DNA of 64,000 bases from Zootoca vivipara (taxonomy: Eukaryota), in contig NC_083277.1 in NCBI RefSeq assembly GCF_963506605.1, forward strand, positions 20,956,001 to 21,020,000, given 5' to 3'. The stretch's first letter is position 1. Each line of letters starts with the position of its first letter. This document shows, in pieces, positions 24,001 through 36,488 of the stretch. A program made the position numbers and the translations under genes. The notes under the pieces are model-generated. The model was not told where the DNA came from, made no database searches, and was given only the letters and a program-made list of their open reading frames with translations.

Positions 24001-27000
24001 CATTTTTGGTCTCAAAGAATTCTGGGCATGGTAGTTTGTTATGTGCTGCTGGGGACGGGAGCTCTGTGAGGGATAAATTGCAGTGCCCAGGATTCTTTGA
24101 GGGGAAGAATGTGCTTTAATAGTATAGGGCTAGTTTCCATATACACTCACACAATCCTTAAGTCAGACAAGCAAGAGGCAATCATCAGTGTTCAATTGCA
24201 GCCAGGAATCTGGGATGCAAAGCAAGGCTGCAGAGAGGGTGTGACCTGGGGAGAGTTTTGAGGATGAAATAGAGAGGCCTGGAGTGGGGGTTGTGTCTGG
24301 TCCCCAGGTCTGACATTCCCCATGCCTGCCTCATACACTCACCAGGTGGGCAAAGGAGAGACAAGCAAGAGACGTCAGATGGATACCGAGCTGCATAAAT
24401 ACCAGCAATTGTTCCGCCCATGGACATGCCAACCAGGTGGAAAGGCTTTTGGTTCAGGCCAATGCACTCAACAAACTGAAAGAAGAAGCATGGGGTTAGG
24501 CTGAAAGTTAAAGCGATGATTCTTCAACATCAACATCAACTCCGTTGGACCGGTCATGTTGTGCGGATGCCTGATTATCTATCTATGCCAAAGCAACTAT
24601 TCTATTCCGAACTTAAAAACGGAAAGCGTTATGCCGGTGGCCAACAAAGGAGGTTTAAAGAGTTTTTCAAGGCAAATCTAAAAAAATGTATAAATACCGA
24701 CAACTGGGAAACACTGGCCTGCGAGCGCTCCAGTTGGAGAACAGCCTTTACCAAAGGTGTCATGGGCTTTGAAGACACTCAAACTCAGGACGCAAAAACG
24801 TGCTAAGAGGAAGGCACGCTTGGCAAATCCACACCGTGATCAACTCCCACTCGGAAAGCTATGTCCCCACTGTGGAAGGATGTGTGGATCCAGAATTGGA
24901 CTCACTGTTAAAACTGTGTTTATGGAAGACAATCTTACTCGGCTACAGGGCCGTCTCAAGCAGGTCAGGCGCCGTGGCGCGGAGATCGCTCCGGCGCCCC
25001 CGCCCTGGTGGGAGGCAGCTTTGCTGCACAGAGCCCGCCTGCCAGCCCGGCACCCTGGTGCCCTGCACCACTGAGACTACCCCTACAGCCAGGCCTGCTC
25101 GGCTACAAGTGATCGCCAAAGAAGAAGAAGAAGGAAATGTGTCTCTACTGGTTTAAGGAATCCCCCAAGCAAGTCCCTAGCTGCTGCCAATCTGTCAGGG
25201 GTTTTTGCGGCTACTCTTGAGTAAAGACGCTCCACGCCTGCTTGTCTTAAGGTGTTTATTATGGTGCATTCTATTTACAGTGCAAAGTCTACGGAAAACA
25301 TGTCTGCTTAGTCTGAGTCAGAACCTCGCAATGGCTTCTTTCTGTTTCGTGCCCAACATAACAGCTTGGGAACACCAAAGCGCCTCCCTCTTGTCCTACG
25401 GGGTGCCGTTCGCCTCAATTCAGGCGTCGGGGGAAAGGGCCGTCCTTCTGAATGCTTTCCTTGCATTTCCTGCCTCTCTGCCTCCCTCCCTGCTCGGAGT
25501 GGAGGCTCTTTGACGCTGCTGGAGCCTTGTCCCTCACTCTCTGCTTCCTGCCTCCTGTAATCTGATCCACTGCTTGACTTACTGCTCTGAGAGGAACTCG
25601 ATCTGTGGAGCAGGGAAATGTTCAAGGAAAGCCATGTCCTTCTGCAGGGACAGGAAAGCTGCAGTGCACCCTGAGGGTGAGCAATTGCAAAATCAGCCCC
25701 TTGGCTCCAGCTTAAACTTCATCAATCCATATTGGCTCCATACTTCATCAATCGGCGACAGTGACGCCCTTATCAGTCCAGAACCACTTGCTTGCCAGCC
25801 TTACCTGGTGTATCATTTTAGCTTGGTTAACTGCCGTGTAGCTTTTTGCCAGCAGGCGAGTGGTTTCTCCATGGCCAGGCATGTCAAGGCAGACCAGGTG
25901 GAGGTCCTTAGGAAAGAGCTGGGGAAAGACGGCATCGGAAATGAGACAACCATAATTGGGCTGGTCATTATCGAAGGGGTGGAGTGGTTGATATGCCGAA
26001 ATACCATTGCACCCTTTTTCAGCCTATGCTATGGTATAAAGAAACATATACAGTGAGGAAATGTTTGTGTATATTATGGAGTGGGTAGATAGGATTAAGT
26101 TAAAAAGGTAGAGCTGCAATGCCTGAGATACAAGATGATGCAAACTATAAGATTTGCCACTTGGTCATCCACTCCCTCTTTATGATATGGTGCCTTTTCC
26201 CCCCTGGAGCATGCATAGCTGCCAAGTTTTCCCTTTTCTCGCGAGGAAGCCTATTCAGCATAAGGGAAAATCCCTTAAAAAAAAGGGATAACCTGGCAGC
26301 TATGGGAGCATGAGGTGGTTGGGCAGCTGAACACCAGACTTAAAATCTAATGTGGCGATCATGCTTCTCCCAACCCAGGAGCAGCCAATGTGATGCCTTC
26401 AGGTTGTTACTGGATTACAACTCACCCCATGGGAACATTAGAAGGGAACATCTAGTCCAGCATGCTGTTCTCACAGCGGCCAACCACATGGCTTATGGGA
26501 CCATCCCTGACTATTGGCCATGGGGTCTGCAGGAGTTGTAGCCCAACAGCAGCTGGGGGACACCAGCTTGTCTCCCTTTGCTAGACCAACAAGCCTGGCC
26601 TCACAGCTGTACTTCCACAATTTAGATCCAGGTATGGCTTCTAACACATTGCACCAAGGGTAGGGAAACTATGGCTCCTCCAGATGTTGCTGGAGTAACG
26701 TTCCTCTCACCCATTCCATTGGCCATTGCGTCTGGTGCTGATGGGAGTTGGAGTCCAACAGCATCTGGAGGGCCACATGATGCCCCCAACCCCTGCACTA
26801 CAGAAAGATGAAGATGCTGTGTGTCCTTAGGGCAGCTGCTCGTGCTTTACGTCTCACCGGGGAAACTCTGGGGTTGCAGCGCTCATCTCGCTCTATAGGC
26901 CGAGGGAGCTGGCGTTTGTCCGGGTCATGTGGCCAGCATGACTAAGCCGCTTCTGGCGGACCAGAGCAGCACATGGAAACGCCGTTTTTTACCTTCCCTC

Positions 27001-28308
27001 CAGAGTGGTACCTATTTATCTACTTGCACTTGACATGCTTTCGAACTGCTAGATTGGCAGGAGCTGGGACCGAGCAACGGAAGCTCACCCCATCGCAGGG
27101 ATTTGAATTGCCAACCTTCTGATCTGCAAGGCCTAGGCTCTGTGGTTTAGATCACAGCGCCACCCGCATCCCAAAACGTTGGGTATTTTTGGTCATTTCC
27201 AACAGTCTCAGAGAAGGCACAAAAGAGACATCCAAGTTGCCTGATTAGAAAAACGGGAACCTACTTTGATGGTGTCTAGCCACATATCTTTGTTGAATGA
27301 GAAACCATGAAGCATCAGCATGGATGGCTGGGAGCCTGGTTTCCCTCGGCAGAAGTAACAGAACCTGTAGCCCTCATGTTCAACGAATTTCACCTTTATG
27401 CCCCTCTTCAGACGCTTGTACCTAAAAGTACAGAAAGAAGCAAGATGAAGAGACTGGTGGTTCTTCAGAGGAAGCACTTCCAGTTAAAGTGAGGAGTGGA
27501 AGGAGCTGCCTAACTCTACTGTAAGGAGAAATTAGTTTTGGTTCGCATTAAAATGCCAACTGGCCTAACTTGTACTTCCTGTACCAATATGGAATTGAGT
27601 TGGAAGGTCATCTGGTCCAAACCCCTGCGATGGAGGAATCACAGCTAAAGAATCCCTTCTTAGTTCATACGTTTACTGTTCTGGCCAAAGATGATGGCAA
27701 ACTTGTAATAAGCCATAGTTGTTGGCATTTGTCTGTCTTGAGAGGCAACGGAGTGTGCCTCTGGGGGTGAAGTCCAACCACTATGTTAGCAGCACCCAAG
27801 TGGCATCCCTGGGGCACAGATCTGGGCAGAGTGTACAGAGGTCCTGGGCTGCCCAGACAACAAGACCCTCCTCCCAGCCTCGCTGATGTGGTCCAAAGGA
27901 AAGTAGAGCAATATGTTTGGCTGCAAGAGTTGCTGGAAGGAGGCATGCAAAGCACCATCCAACCATCTTAGGGACTCCACACTTGTGTAGGGTTTCCTCC
28001 GTAGCCTTTTCTTCTCCAAAATATATTCCCCAAGGAAAGGGGTAGGGGTAGGATTCAGAGCCAAGCATGAGGGACTCCTGTGTGATCTCTCATCCAGGTT
28101 TCATGTTAGACCCTGCATGCTGATGCTCGCCTCTTTGACCAAGGCATTACAAGTCACCCCATATATATCCCTAGGTGAACACTTACCTTATCATGATCCT
28201 GAACAATAGTAAAGTCCAGTGGGAATACCACCTGTCAAAGATGATTGAAAAGGTACCCACAAAGAAGAATGCAATCAGCAGCAGCATCTTGACCAGAGTG
28301 AAATTCAT
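16128..28308 (-). CDS. ABHD6: ABHD6-like monoacylglycerol lipase, paralog B, complete, 338 aa
   Basis: Coding exons 28308-28187, 27421-27265, 25918-25805, 24475-24343, 22811-22654, 21298-21244, 19057-18957, 16304-16128 (122+157+114+133+158+55+101+177 = 1017 nt). All introns GT-AG, frame open to TAA. Motifs LHGFS, DMPGHG, GMSMGG (Ser), WGREDK (Asp), CGH (His). Divergent paralog, not necessarily the ortholog. Confidence 0.93.
16335..17790 (-). mobile_element. Decayed L1-clade 3' fragment with two nested hAT insertions
   Basis: WWECPKI zinc-knuckle remnant at about 17210-17250; T-rich tail at 16335-16355; nested elements at 16775-16910 (TSD GTAAAGAG) and 17291-17705. Confidence 0.65.
17291..17705. 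mobile_element. hAT element, CATAGCTGCCAAG family, 415-bp CpG-rich form
   Basis: 8-bp TSD TTTTGGTG; large internal palindrome. Confidence 0.88.
18421..18761 (-). mobile_element. Sauria SINE
   Basis: tRNA-like head with B box (GGTTCGAATCC on minus strand); ACCTTT tail; near-identical to 43099-43447. Confidence 0.88.
19517..19775 (+). mobile_element. tRNA-derived SINE (Squam3-like)
   Basis: A box TGGTATAGTGG, B box GGTTCGATTCC, (CTT)n tail. Confidence 0.75.
20445..21029. mobile_element. Two L2-type 3' ends in tail-to-tail inverted orientation with (TAA)n/(ATT)n tracts
   Basis: 20445-20700 (+) and about 20750-20980 (-) both match 820-1100. Confidence 0.8.
21551..22339 (+). mobile_element. Possible solo LTR
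   Basis: Purine-rich body like 31959-32514, ATTAAA near the end, ends in TGACA; no clean TSD, left boundary uncertain. Confidence 0.3.
22345..22440 (-). mobile_element. tRNA-Ile-derived SINE fragment
   Basis: AGCTCAGTTGCTTAGAGCGTGGTGCTGTTAACGCCAAGGTTGCAGGTTCGATCCCC followed by non-tRNA tail; acceptor stem 5' arm missing. Confidence 0.65.
23227..23732 (+). mobile_element. Non-autonomous Helitron
   Basis: Starts TC after host A, ends CTAG before host T; subterminal hairpin GCCCGTT-TTCTT-AACGGGC at 23701-23719; no TSD. Confidence 0.82.
23750..23921. mobile_element. Tc1/mariner MITE
   Basis: CAGTGGTACCTCGGTTTTC TIRs. Confidence 0.8.
24515..25135 (+). mobile_element. RTE-clade (non-BovB) LINE 3' end with nested hAT element at 24946-25097
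   Basis: QLRWTGHVVRM...PKQLFYSEL motif, CPHC finger, (GAA)n tail; nested element has TSD CTCGGCTA. Confidence 0.8.
26214..26304. mobile_element. 90-bp hAT MITE
   Basis: CATAGCTGCC TIR; TSD GGAGCATG. Confidence 0.88.
26855..27172 (-). mobile_element. Sauria SINE
   Basis: Homologous to 18421-18761. Confidence 0.8.
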
Positions 28309-30323
28309 GCCAACTAGTCAAGGTTCTCTTTACTTGCCTGTGTAGTAAACATTTAGACAACAACAGGAAAGATTAAAGGGGTACAGGTAATAAAAATTAC
28401 AGCTAAAAATGTTGTTTTTGTTGTTGTTTTTGTTGTTGTTGTTGTTGTTGTATTTATACCCCACCCATCTGGCTGGGTTTCCCTCTCTGGGTGGCTTACA
28501 GCACATAAAACATTGTAAAACATTAGACATTAAAAATTTCCCGATACAGGGTTGCCTTCAGATGCCTTCAAACTGAGGTTGAAACACATCTTAAGAGACA
28601 GCAGGTAAACAACTCAGTTTCCTTGCCCATAAAGTCCTATCTACTAATAGTGAATTCATTGAGTATCAAAATTTACACAGCCAAAACATAAGAATAACAT
28701 CATCCATGCACAAGAGGAGGGCAACCCCAGGCTTTGGAAAACACCAAGGCTTGCAGGATGTGTTTGTGTGTGTGTGTGAAGAGAGGAGAGATTAAGAAAG
28801 GCAGAAAGAAAATAAACCCAAGGGGTGCTGAGCCCGATGAAGGCTGAGCATGTTCCATGGCCAGAAACCACTAAGTATCTGTTGGAGTAAAATAACAGGA
28901 ATCTGGGGGAGTGGAAAGGGACACAGCTACCTGGCCAAAAAGCTGCACAGGACCAGCTCACTACAGTCCAACATTCTGTGGCAAGCCCCACTTGTACAAT
29001 CAAAGGGTTGTATCATCATTCTTTTTTTAAAAAAAATTATTATTAAAATCATCATTCTGTTGACGGAAGCTGCTTTAATTCAGCAGAAGCACCTGTTAGC
29101 CAAATGGGATGGGTAGCTATTTTTGATGATTTGCCCTCCCCTCTGCAGCCTCTGGTGCCACCTGCTCCCATGCTGTTCCAAAGTGTCCACCAAGCCTCTA
29201 GAAAAGAGTGGGCAATGGAGTCTGCAGGGTGTGTGTTTGTGTGCCAATATGCAGAAGTTGCCCTCCATTACTGATCCACTTGCTGGGTCAAAAACCTCCC
29301 TTCATCGGAGCAACGCAACTGGACGCAACCCCAAGTCTGAGTGTTTTAATGAAAGCAAACTCGCTATGAACTGAAGGGTCCTCTTTGGCCATTGGCACAA
29401 ACAAAGGGCCCGTTCGAAACTTTAAACTTAAACCTCATTCAGAATTCTGTGCGTAAAGTTCACAACCAAACTCACCACCTGGGGCTACTTCTCCGAAATC
29501 TCTCCATTCATCTCTCTGTGTGCTTTAACTCTGACTGTGTGGGATGAATGGTTCTGTCCAATCAGGGTAAGCCACATTGAAAAAGAGGGAGCCAGAAGCG
29601 TCTGAAGGAACGGTATACGCATTCCAATCATTACCACTACGCCAACAGTTTGTGCTACCCAGTAAAGATCTATTTCACCCAAAATTTAATGGTTTTTAGG
29701 CCAAGCATCTTGCATGAATCTCATGGATATCTCCCATCACTAGCGGAATTGCAGCAACTTATAAATACAGTACAATAGACAACAAATCTTCCTCTTGTAC
29801 ACTGCACTGAGCTCAGCAAAATGTCCAAGGATGAGTTGTTCTACACAATGTACTACAATCAATGTTGTGTTATAATACAGAATTTACATTATCTCAGCAT
29901 GTTGATCCACCTGCCCCTTCCCACTGACATAGCCAACATGCTCAGAGAGGCTGACAAATACATAAATGGCAATCTCACTCCTATTTCTGACATATGCTGA
30001 AACTTACCTGGGATGGGAAGTTGTGAGCTGTTCTTCAATCTCACTTTTTCACTGCTGTCACGGCTGTGGGCATCTGCATCTTGTAGCAGGTAGGAGGAGC
30101 TTGCAAAGTTGTAAACAATTTCTTCCCCAGGTCAGTGGAGGTGTTAAGATGATAATTTCTTCTGCCAACACCCTTTGATGCTATTGAATATTCCAGAGGC
30201 TGGTTCATATTGATGTCCATCTCACTGCAAGACTGAAACCACCGGGAGTTTTGTAACCAAATGGTTAGTGTCCCTGACTGATACATCCCTGAAACCAGCT
30301 TTGTTCCTCGGCCCAGTATACCT

Positions 30324-30635
30324 GGTCTCCATCCCCATCGTTCTGCCTGGACACTGAGGTCCAGCGCCAAGGGTCTTCTGGCGGTTCCCTCACTGTGAGA
30401 AGCAAAGCTACAGGGAACCAGGCAGAGGGCCTTCTCGGTAGTGGCACCCGCCCTGTAGAACGCCCTCCCATCGGAGGTCAAGGAGATAAACAACTACCTG
30501 ACATTTAGAAAACACCTAAAGGCAGCCCTGTTTAGGGAGGCTTTTAATGTGTGACATTTTAATGTATTTTAATCTTTGTTGAAAGCCGCACAGAGTGGCT
30601 GGGGAAACCCAGCTGGATGGGTGGGGTACAAATAA

Positions 30636-30667
<32 letters not shown>

Positions 30668-30668
30668 T
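30324..30668 (+). mobile_element. L2-type LINE 3' end
   Basis: Matches 810-1100; (TAA)n tail. Confidence 0.8.
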
Positions 30669-31958
30669 GGTTGACTCCAGAGGGATGGTCCCAGGGTATG
30701 GTCTGAAGGCACATGAGGTAGCCACCTTGCTAAAGCTAAACAGGTTCAAGTCTGGTCAGGGTTTGGATGGGCGACCCTATGGAAGCCACATGTACACTGC
30801 TTTGGGTATCATGAAGGAAGAAGAAAGGAAGGATATGAATGAAAAAAGAAAGACCTCATCTCACTTCACAGAGAAAACCAAGGTGACTATTTTCTGGAAC
30901 CAACTACCACTCATGTGAATGATAACTGCCCTCCGTCCTGCCCCACACAATCAAGGGGTACTATGGGGAAAGCTATTAGTCCATCTTTCCCTTGGCCAAA
31001 ATGGTTCAGTTACAGCAGATATGAGGAACCAGATATTTGCTGGACTATAGCTCCCAACAACTCGGACAACTGGTCATGTTGGCTGAGGCTGATAAGAGTT
31101 GGAGGCCGGACATTCCCCCATCCTGGGTTAGAGGAAGTACTGTCCAATTTTTCAGGATGTCTCAAGTGCCCTAGAATGCCATCAGCATCAATTTCCTGTG
31201 GGATGTGTTCCAAGAGCGTGCACACATTTGCATCGTTGTTGTTTAGTCGTGTCTTCATGACCCCATGGACCAGAGCGCGCCAGGCACTCTTGTCTTCCAT
31301 AGATAATTTTATTTTTATGTCCGCCTTTCCACAGTTCAAAGCATGGTCGAGGCAGCTTACAACACGGAGAAAAATACATAACTGCAACGTAACAAAAGGA
31401 GTCAAAAACAATAAACAAAACAATGCAAAATACAAAACCATACTGAACAATTTCCACACAAATCAAAATCTGAAATAAAGATACAAAAACCCACCAGCAA
31501 CAACCCCCTCCAGCCCCAGAGTCTGTTCAGCAGCCTCGGCTTCCGTAGCTGGAGCCAGTCAAGGCCTCACCCTCCCAGGCCAGGTGGAAAAGGCCTGCAA
31601 GGCAGGGAGTAGGTCTTCTGGGACTCACAGCCAAGATCTGCTGCTTTTGTAACCATTAACAATGGATTACTTGTATGTCACTGGAAATTTCTCACCACCC
31701 TTTTCTCATATGGTTGGATATATTTTTTTCCCTTTCCCCTTGAAACAGAAAAATGTTTTTTTTTCAAAGATGAATGTTGTGTGTTCCCATTCCACTGGAT
31801 ATGTGTAAATTCACTAGTTGGCCAATTCAGGATCCCAGGTGGTGGATTGGGAAAGGATATAACATCACTCCTCCACCTCCTCCTGAGGGCCTAATTTCAC
31901 TCATCCTTCCAGGATACTGTACTTTAAAGTAGGGGAGTAAACCTCAAGCCTGGGGAGA

Positions 31959-32514
31959 TGTCAGGAACTAGTGTCAAGCGTAGGTCATCAACCAAAGAAA
32001 TATACAGTGTCACTGAAGTTAACACTTTATTCAAAGAAAGCAAAACAGTGCAGCCCTAGTGATCCCAACAACTCTTCCCAGTAGGTCTCGTCCCAATGAA
32101 GCAGTTGCGAAAACTGAAGGGTCCCCATCTTCCCAACACCTCAAGCCGTTGCAAACCCCCTCTGTTCTGCCCTCTTCATTTCTCTGCACGCCCTACCGGT
32201 AGGAGACCAGGTGGAGGGGAGTTGGTTGCAGCAGGAGGGGGAGACCCCCTGGCTTCTTCAGCAACCTGCCTCTCTGTCTCCTGGCCTCCGCTTCTGCCTC
32301 AGAGTTTGAACTGTCCTCTGCCACAGACTCTTCTTGCTCACCAAACCCTGTGACCTCATCTGCTTCTGATACCTCCTCCTTCTCCCAGCCTGCTCCCTCT
32401 GGCCACTCACTGTCACCCCACCACCACCAGTCCCCTGGTTCTGAGACTTCTTCCCTGGGGGGTTCCCCAGCTGGTGTCTCCCTCCACTCCTCTACATACA
32501 GCCAGTCCATGACA
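31959..32514 (-). mobile_element. Solo LTR (Ty3/gypsy-like)
   Basis: TGTCA...TGACA termini; 5-bp TSD GGAGA; AATAAA on minus strand near 32026. Confidence 0.8.
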
Positions 32515-32939
32515 GGAGATGAATGCAGCCCTCCGAGTCTCCCAATCCAGCCCTCCGTACTCTTTCCAAGTCAATCCCCATCACTAGGTCACAGCCCTGC
32601 ATGCCTTCATTGGATTCTTTTGACTGGCTGAACTGTGCCCTTGATTTGTGCAAGGGTGCCTTTTGCTTTCTTGGATGCAGGGTGGAGAGATGTTCTACCC
32701 AGGAATACAGAAAAACCTCCTTTTGCTTGACCTGGACCTAAACTATTGTACAAAGGGAAAAGTCACACCTGTTGCTCCACTCACTCTTTGCCCCTGAAGG
32801 CTGCCAGTGAGCAAGTGAGGTCCTCAGGCTGAAAAAATGCTCCTTTTCCCTTGCTTTCAACTTCAAGTCTTTCAGTATCATCTTTCCCTCTCTCTTCCTA
32901 GGACTAAAAAGCTCCCTTTCTTTTCTTTTTTATTTTTGG

Positions 32940-33615
32940 TGGAAAAAAATTCTTTATTGTAATTCATTAATGTCATTACAGATTTAACTTCATACATACA
33001 AAGAAAAAAGAGAAATTATCCTTAAATTAATTTACCATAAGATGTTAATTTAAACTTCTAGTTTCACTTGGATTTCAACTAAGCTAAGATCAAATAATAT
33101 TACATATAATAAAGTAACATATAACAAAATAAAGTAAAATAAAATAAATGTAGACTTCCCATCGTTTCCCGATATTGTTGACCTTTATGATTTTGAATGT
33201 ACTTATAATTATTACCTTACATTTAATATACATTTTAATACTTTCTTACAACATATTGTACCGATTTTTCTTTATTTCTTAATATTTTACGTACACAAGG
33301 GTCATTCAAACACGGCCATATGTCACTGTTGTGTTTTTTTGTAAGTATCTCTTAAACATTTCCCATTTTTGAGAAAATGATTGTTTTGTGTTACCTCTTA
33401 ACCTATTTGTTGAGCCATTTCCATATAGTCTAATAATTTATTTTGCCATTCCATTAGCATTGGTATCTTTCCCCCCTTCCCATTAGATGCTATTAATAGA
33501 CAGGCGGCCGCTGTTGCATATAAAAAGATTTCTCTTATATTTTTCGGGATATCTCTGCCTAAAATTCCCAACAGAAAAGCTTCTGGTTTCTTTAAGAATG
33601 TTAATTTAAACATTT
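32940..33615 (-). mobile_element. L1-clade 3' fragment
   Basis: ORF 33398-33613 (KKPEAFLLGIL..FLYATAAA) resembles the L1 ORF at 2217-2801. Confidence 0.7.
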
Positions 33616-35236
33616 CAGTTTCCTTTTTCTCAATGGATTACTTAGCAGTGGATAAGTCCTAGAAGCTCTTTCAAAACTGTTTAAACTTTTCTGGGGGTAG
33701 CCTCGTTTCATTTCCAAACTGATAAACCCTAAAGGCTCATCCACACTTTTGCTTGACCTGTATTTTGACTGTATTGTATTGTGTACTGATTAACTTCCTG
33801 AAGTCCAATAAATTTTCTCAGTGTTCTGCAGATGTGCCTTGTGAAAACCTGATCTTGCTCACTGGATCCTATCAGTCACATAGAAAACCCTCTGTTTGCA
33901 CCTGTTCAGTGGGTGAGATCAGGTTTTCGCAATAAACTCAAGTCCTACCCGAATAGCTCTGAGTCGAAGATTGGTTCTTAACCCATGAGGCAAGCTTTAT
34001 TGGCAAACTTTTGAATGAATAAGCCATTGATTGCTAGCACCACACCAAGTCCAATAGATTAATCAAATTTGGCCCAGTATATAATTATTACTAAAGTCAA
34101 TCATCCCCCAGTGGTGGTGAGGTTTCATTTATACGCAACACTTATTTATGTTGGGTTTCTACCCTTCCCCTGTAGGATGCAGAATGACTTGTGGTGTTTT
34201 GCAATATTCGCTTTTCAGTTTGCAGATATTCAGATGACACAGGTGGATGTACAGTACAAAACTTGACACACCTGCAGACAAGATGAATTCTGTTTCTCTC
34301 TCTAGCCCTCTTCTGGCCATTCACATTATCATTTGCTCAGCCATAATTATCCTCGAGTGGACTGGCAGTTTCCTTAGTGATCACCATTTCTTTGCCGTGA
34401 AAAAAGAGAAAGACCTGATTTCCAGTTCTGTTTTTCAGGAAAGGCAAATTTGTTACTCACCAGAGAAGGTGATTAGATCTCTGTTAAGAACTGGGTTACA
34501 GTGTGCTGCGTCATGATGCAAATGAATCAGGGCTGGGTTGGATGGAACAGAGTAACTAGTGATTAGAAATCACGATGCCATCGATTCCAGAGATTTATGA
34601 TCAGAATTCCCTGGGGTTTTCGCCCTCTGAAGGGTGTGCCCACGTGGCAGGCAGCAGGGTGGAGGGGGGCTTGATTCTGTATCCATTTGAATATGAAGCA
34701 ACCTCAATAACACTTCCTGAATCAATATGTGAACTGAAACGCAGCCATCCTTCAAAATTCTGATTGCCATTCACAGGTGCAGCAGTGTTGCAGGCCGGCG
34801 GTGCCTTGCCTGGCATGATCTGATGTCAAACGGCTGTTGGTGGAGATGCCCAGCTGGCGAGGGGCCAAAGGTCCTTCCCACCGGCTGGGACTTTGAATGC
34901 AAGCCTGCCTGCAAATGGACCAATCTGCCTCTTGCGCTGCATCCTGTTCGTCATTGGACCTCCCGCCCACTCTCCCTATTGTATTATCAATTGTGTACTG
35001 TCCTTGACATCATTGGTTGCTGTATTCGGGGGCAGGAAGGATATTCCCCTCCCCCCCCCCATCAGGCCAATTTGCCAATGTCTGGTGGTTTTACCTACCT
35101 CATAGCAACCACCACAACTTTAGGCATTGGGTAAGCCTAAGTCTTGGTTGGAGGGGAGGTTGTAGCCTCTGCCTGCCCCTCCAAAGGTAAAGGATATGCT
35201 GCTAAAGGGATATTGGAGTTGCTTCTGTCCAAATGC

Positions 35237-35326
35237 CATAGCTGCCAAGTTTTCCCTTTTCTCACGAGGAAGCCTATTCAGCATAAGGGAATTTCCCTTA
35301 AAAAAAGGGATAACTTGTCAGCTATG
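35237..35326. mobile_element. 90-bp hAT MITE
   Basis: CATAGCTG TIR; TSD CCAAATGC. Confidence 0.88.
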
Positions 35327-35481
35327 CCAAATGCCCATGTGGGGGCCACAGCCACACTTCGCCTCAAGGTGGCATAACTCTGGGGGGCCTTTCTATTTTA
35401 TGTAAGTCATAGGACCTCCTTGCTTCAGGGTTGACCCTAAAAGAAATACTTCTAGCAGGCCGGCTGGAGGTCAATGGTTAT

Positions 35482-35625
35482 GTTGTTGTTGTTTAGTCAT
35501 TTAGGACTCTTCGTGACCCCATGGACCAGAGCACGCCAGGCACTCCTGTCTCCCATTGTCTTTCACTGCCTCCTGCAGTTTGGTCAGTAGAAGTCAGGAA
35601 TGCCTGGCGTGCTATGGTCCATGGA
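35482..35625. mobile_element. Short BovB 3' end with fold-back duplication
   Basis: TSD GTCAATGGTTAT 35470-35481 and 35626-35637. Confidence 0.75.
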
Positions 35626-35652
35626 GTCAATGGTTATACCCAATGCCTATAC

Positions 35653-35789
35653 CAGGCACCCCCAAACTTCGGCCCTCCAAATGTTTTGAGACTACAATTC
35701 CCATCATCCCTGACCACTGGTCCTGCTAGCTAGGGATCATGGGAGTTGTAGGCCAAAAACATCTGGAGGGCCGAGGTTGAGGAAGCCTG
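35653..35789. mobile_element. About 135-bp palindromic hAT MITE (siblings 16775-16910, about 47441-47575, 49956-50092, 57562-57697)
   Basis: CAGGC...GCCTG ends; TSD GCCTATAC; internal CCCTCCAGATGT/ACATCTGGAGGG palindrome. Confidence 0.8.
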
Positions 35790-36488
35790 GCCTATACCAA
35801 ACCTCTTACATCTGTAATCAATAAAGTTGTGGCCTTATTTGACCCAAAATTGGTTGTCCTATTTGCTTAGTATTCTCTATTAAAGTTGGGGAAGCAGGGG
35901 AATAACAACATTTGAAAGTAAGATATATTTGAGCAGGAATAAAAGAAGACACATGCAAAAATTGCATTTCCAGGAAATCAACCTTTGCATGTTTCTTCTT
36001 CCCAGCCGTCCTTGGTGCTAACAGAAATCTGCATAATCACCTCAAAGAGACTCATTTGATTGTGCATTTCCTCCTCCGACTGCCATCTTTCTTTTCAGTT
36101 TTGCCACTAATTTATAACATTTTTATTGTATCAATATAACCAAATTTCTAAGTGATTTACATAAAAAATACAGCAATTTTAAAAATACTTTTTAATGTAA
36201 GTAATCACAATATAACAACAAGCTGAGGTTTTTTTCCTTAAAAATGTTTAGGGGGTACTCTCATTTTCCTACTCCTATTGAAATACTGCCCCTCAATGAG
36301 GCCAAACTTAAGATTCACAAAATGTTTAGGGGTATGTGTACCCCCACCCCACATACCCCCAGAAAAAAAGCACTGAGTAATAGTATCCACAACAACCCTG
36401 TGAGGTAGACTGGGCTGAGAGGCAGTGACTGGCGCAAGGCCACCCATCCAGCTTCATGCCCAATTTTGCAAAGGAAATGATTTTTTAA

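Noticed and set aside
25193-25760. Possible solo LTR (TGTCA...CGACA, minus-strand AATAAA)
   Set aside because: No matching TSD found and boundaries unsupported
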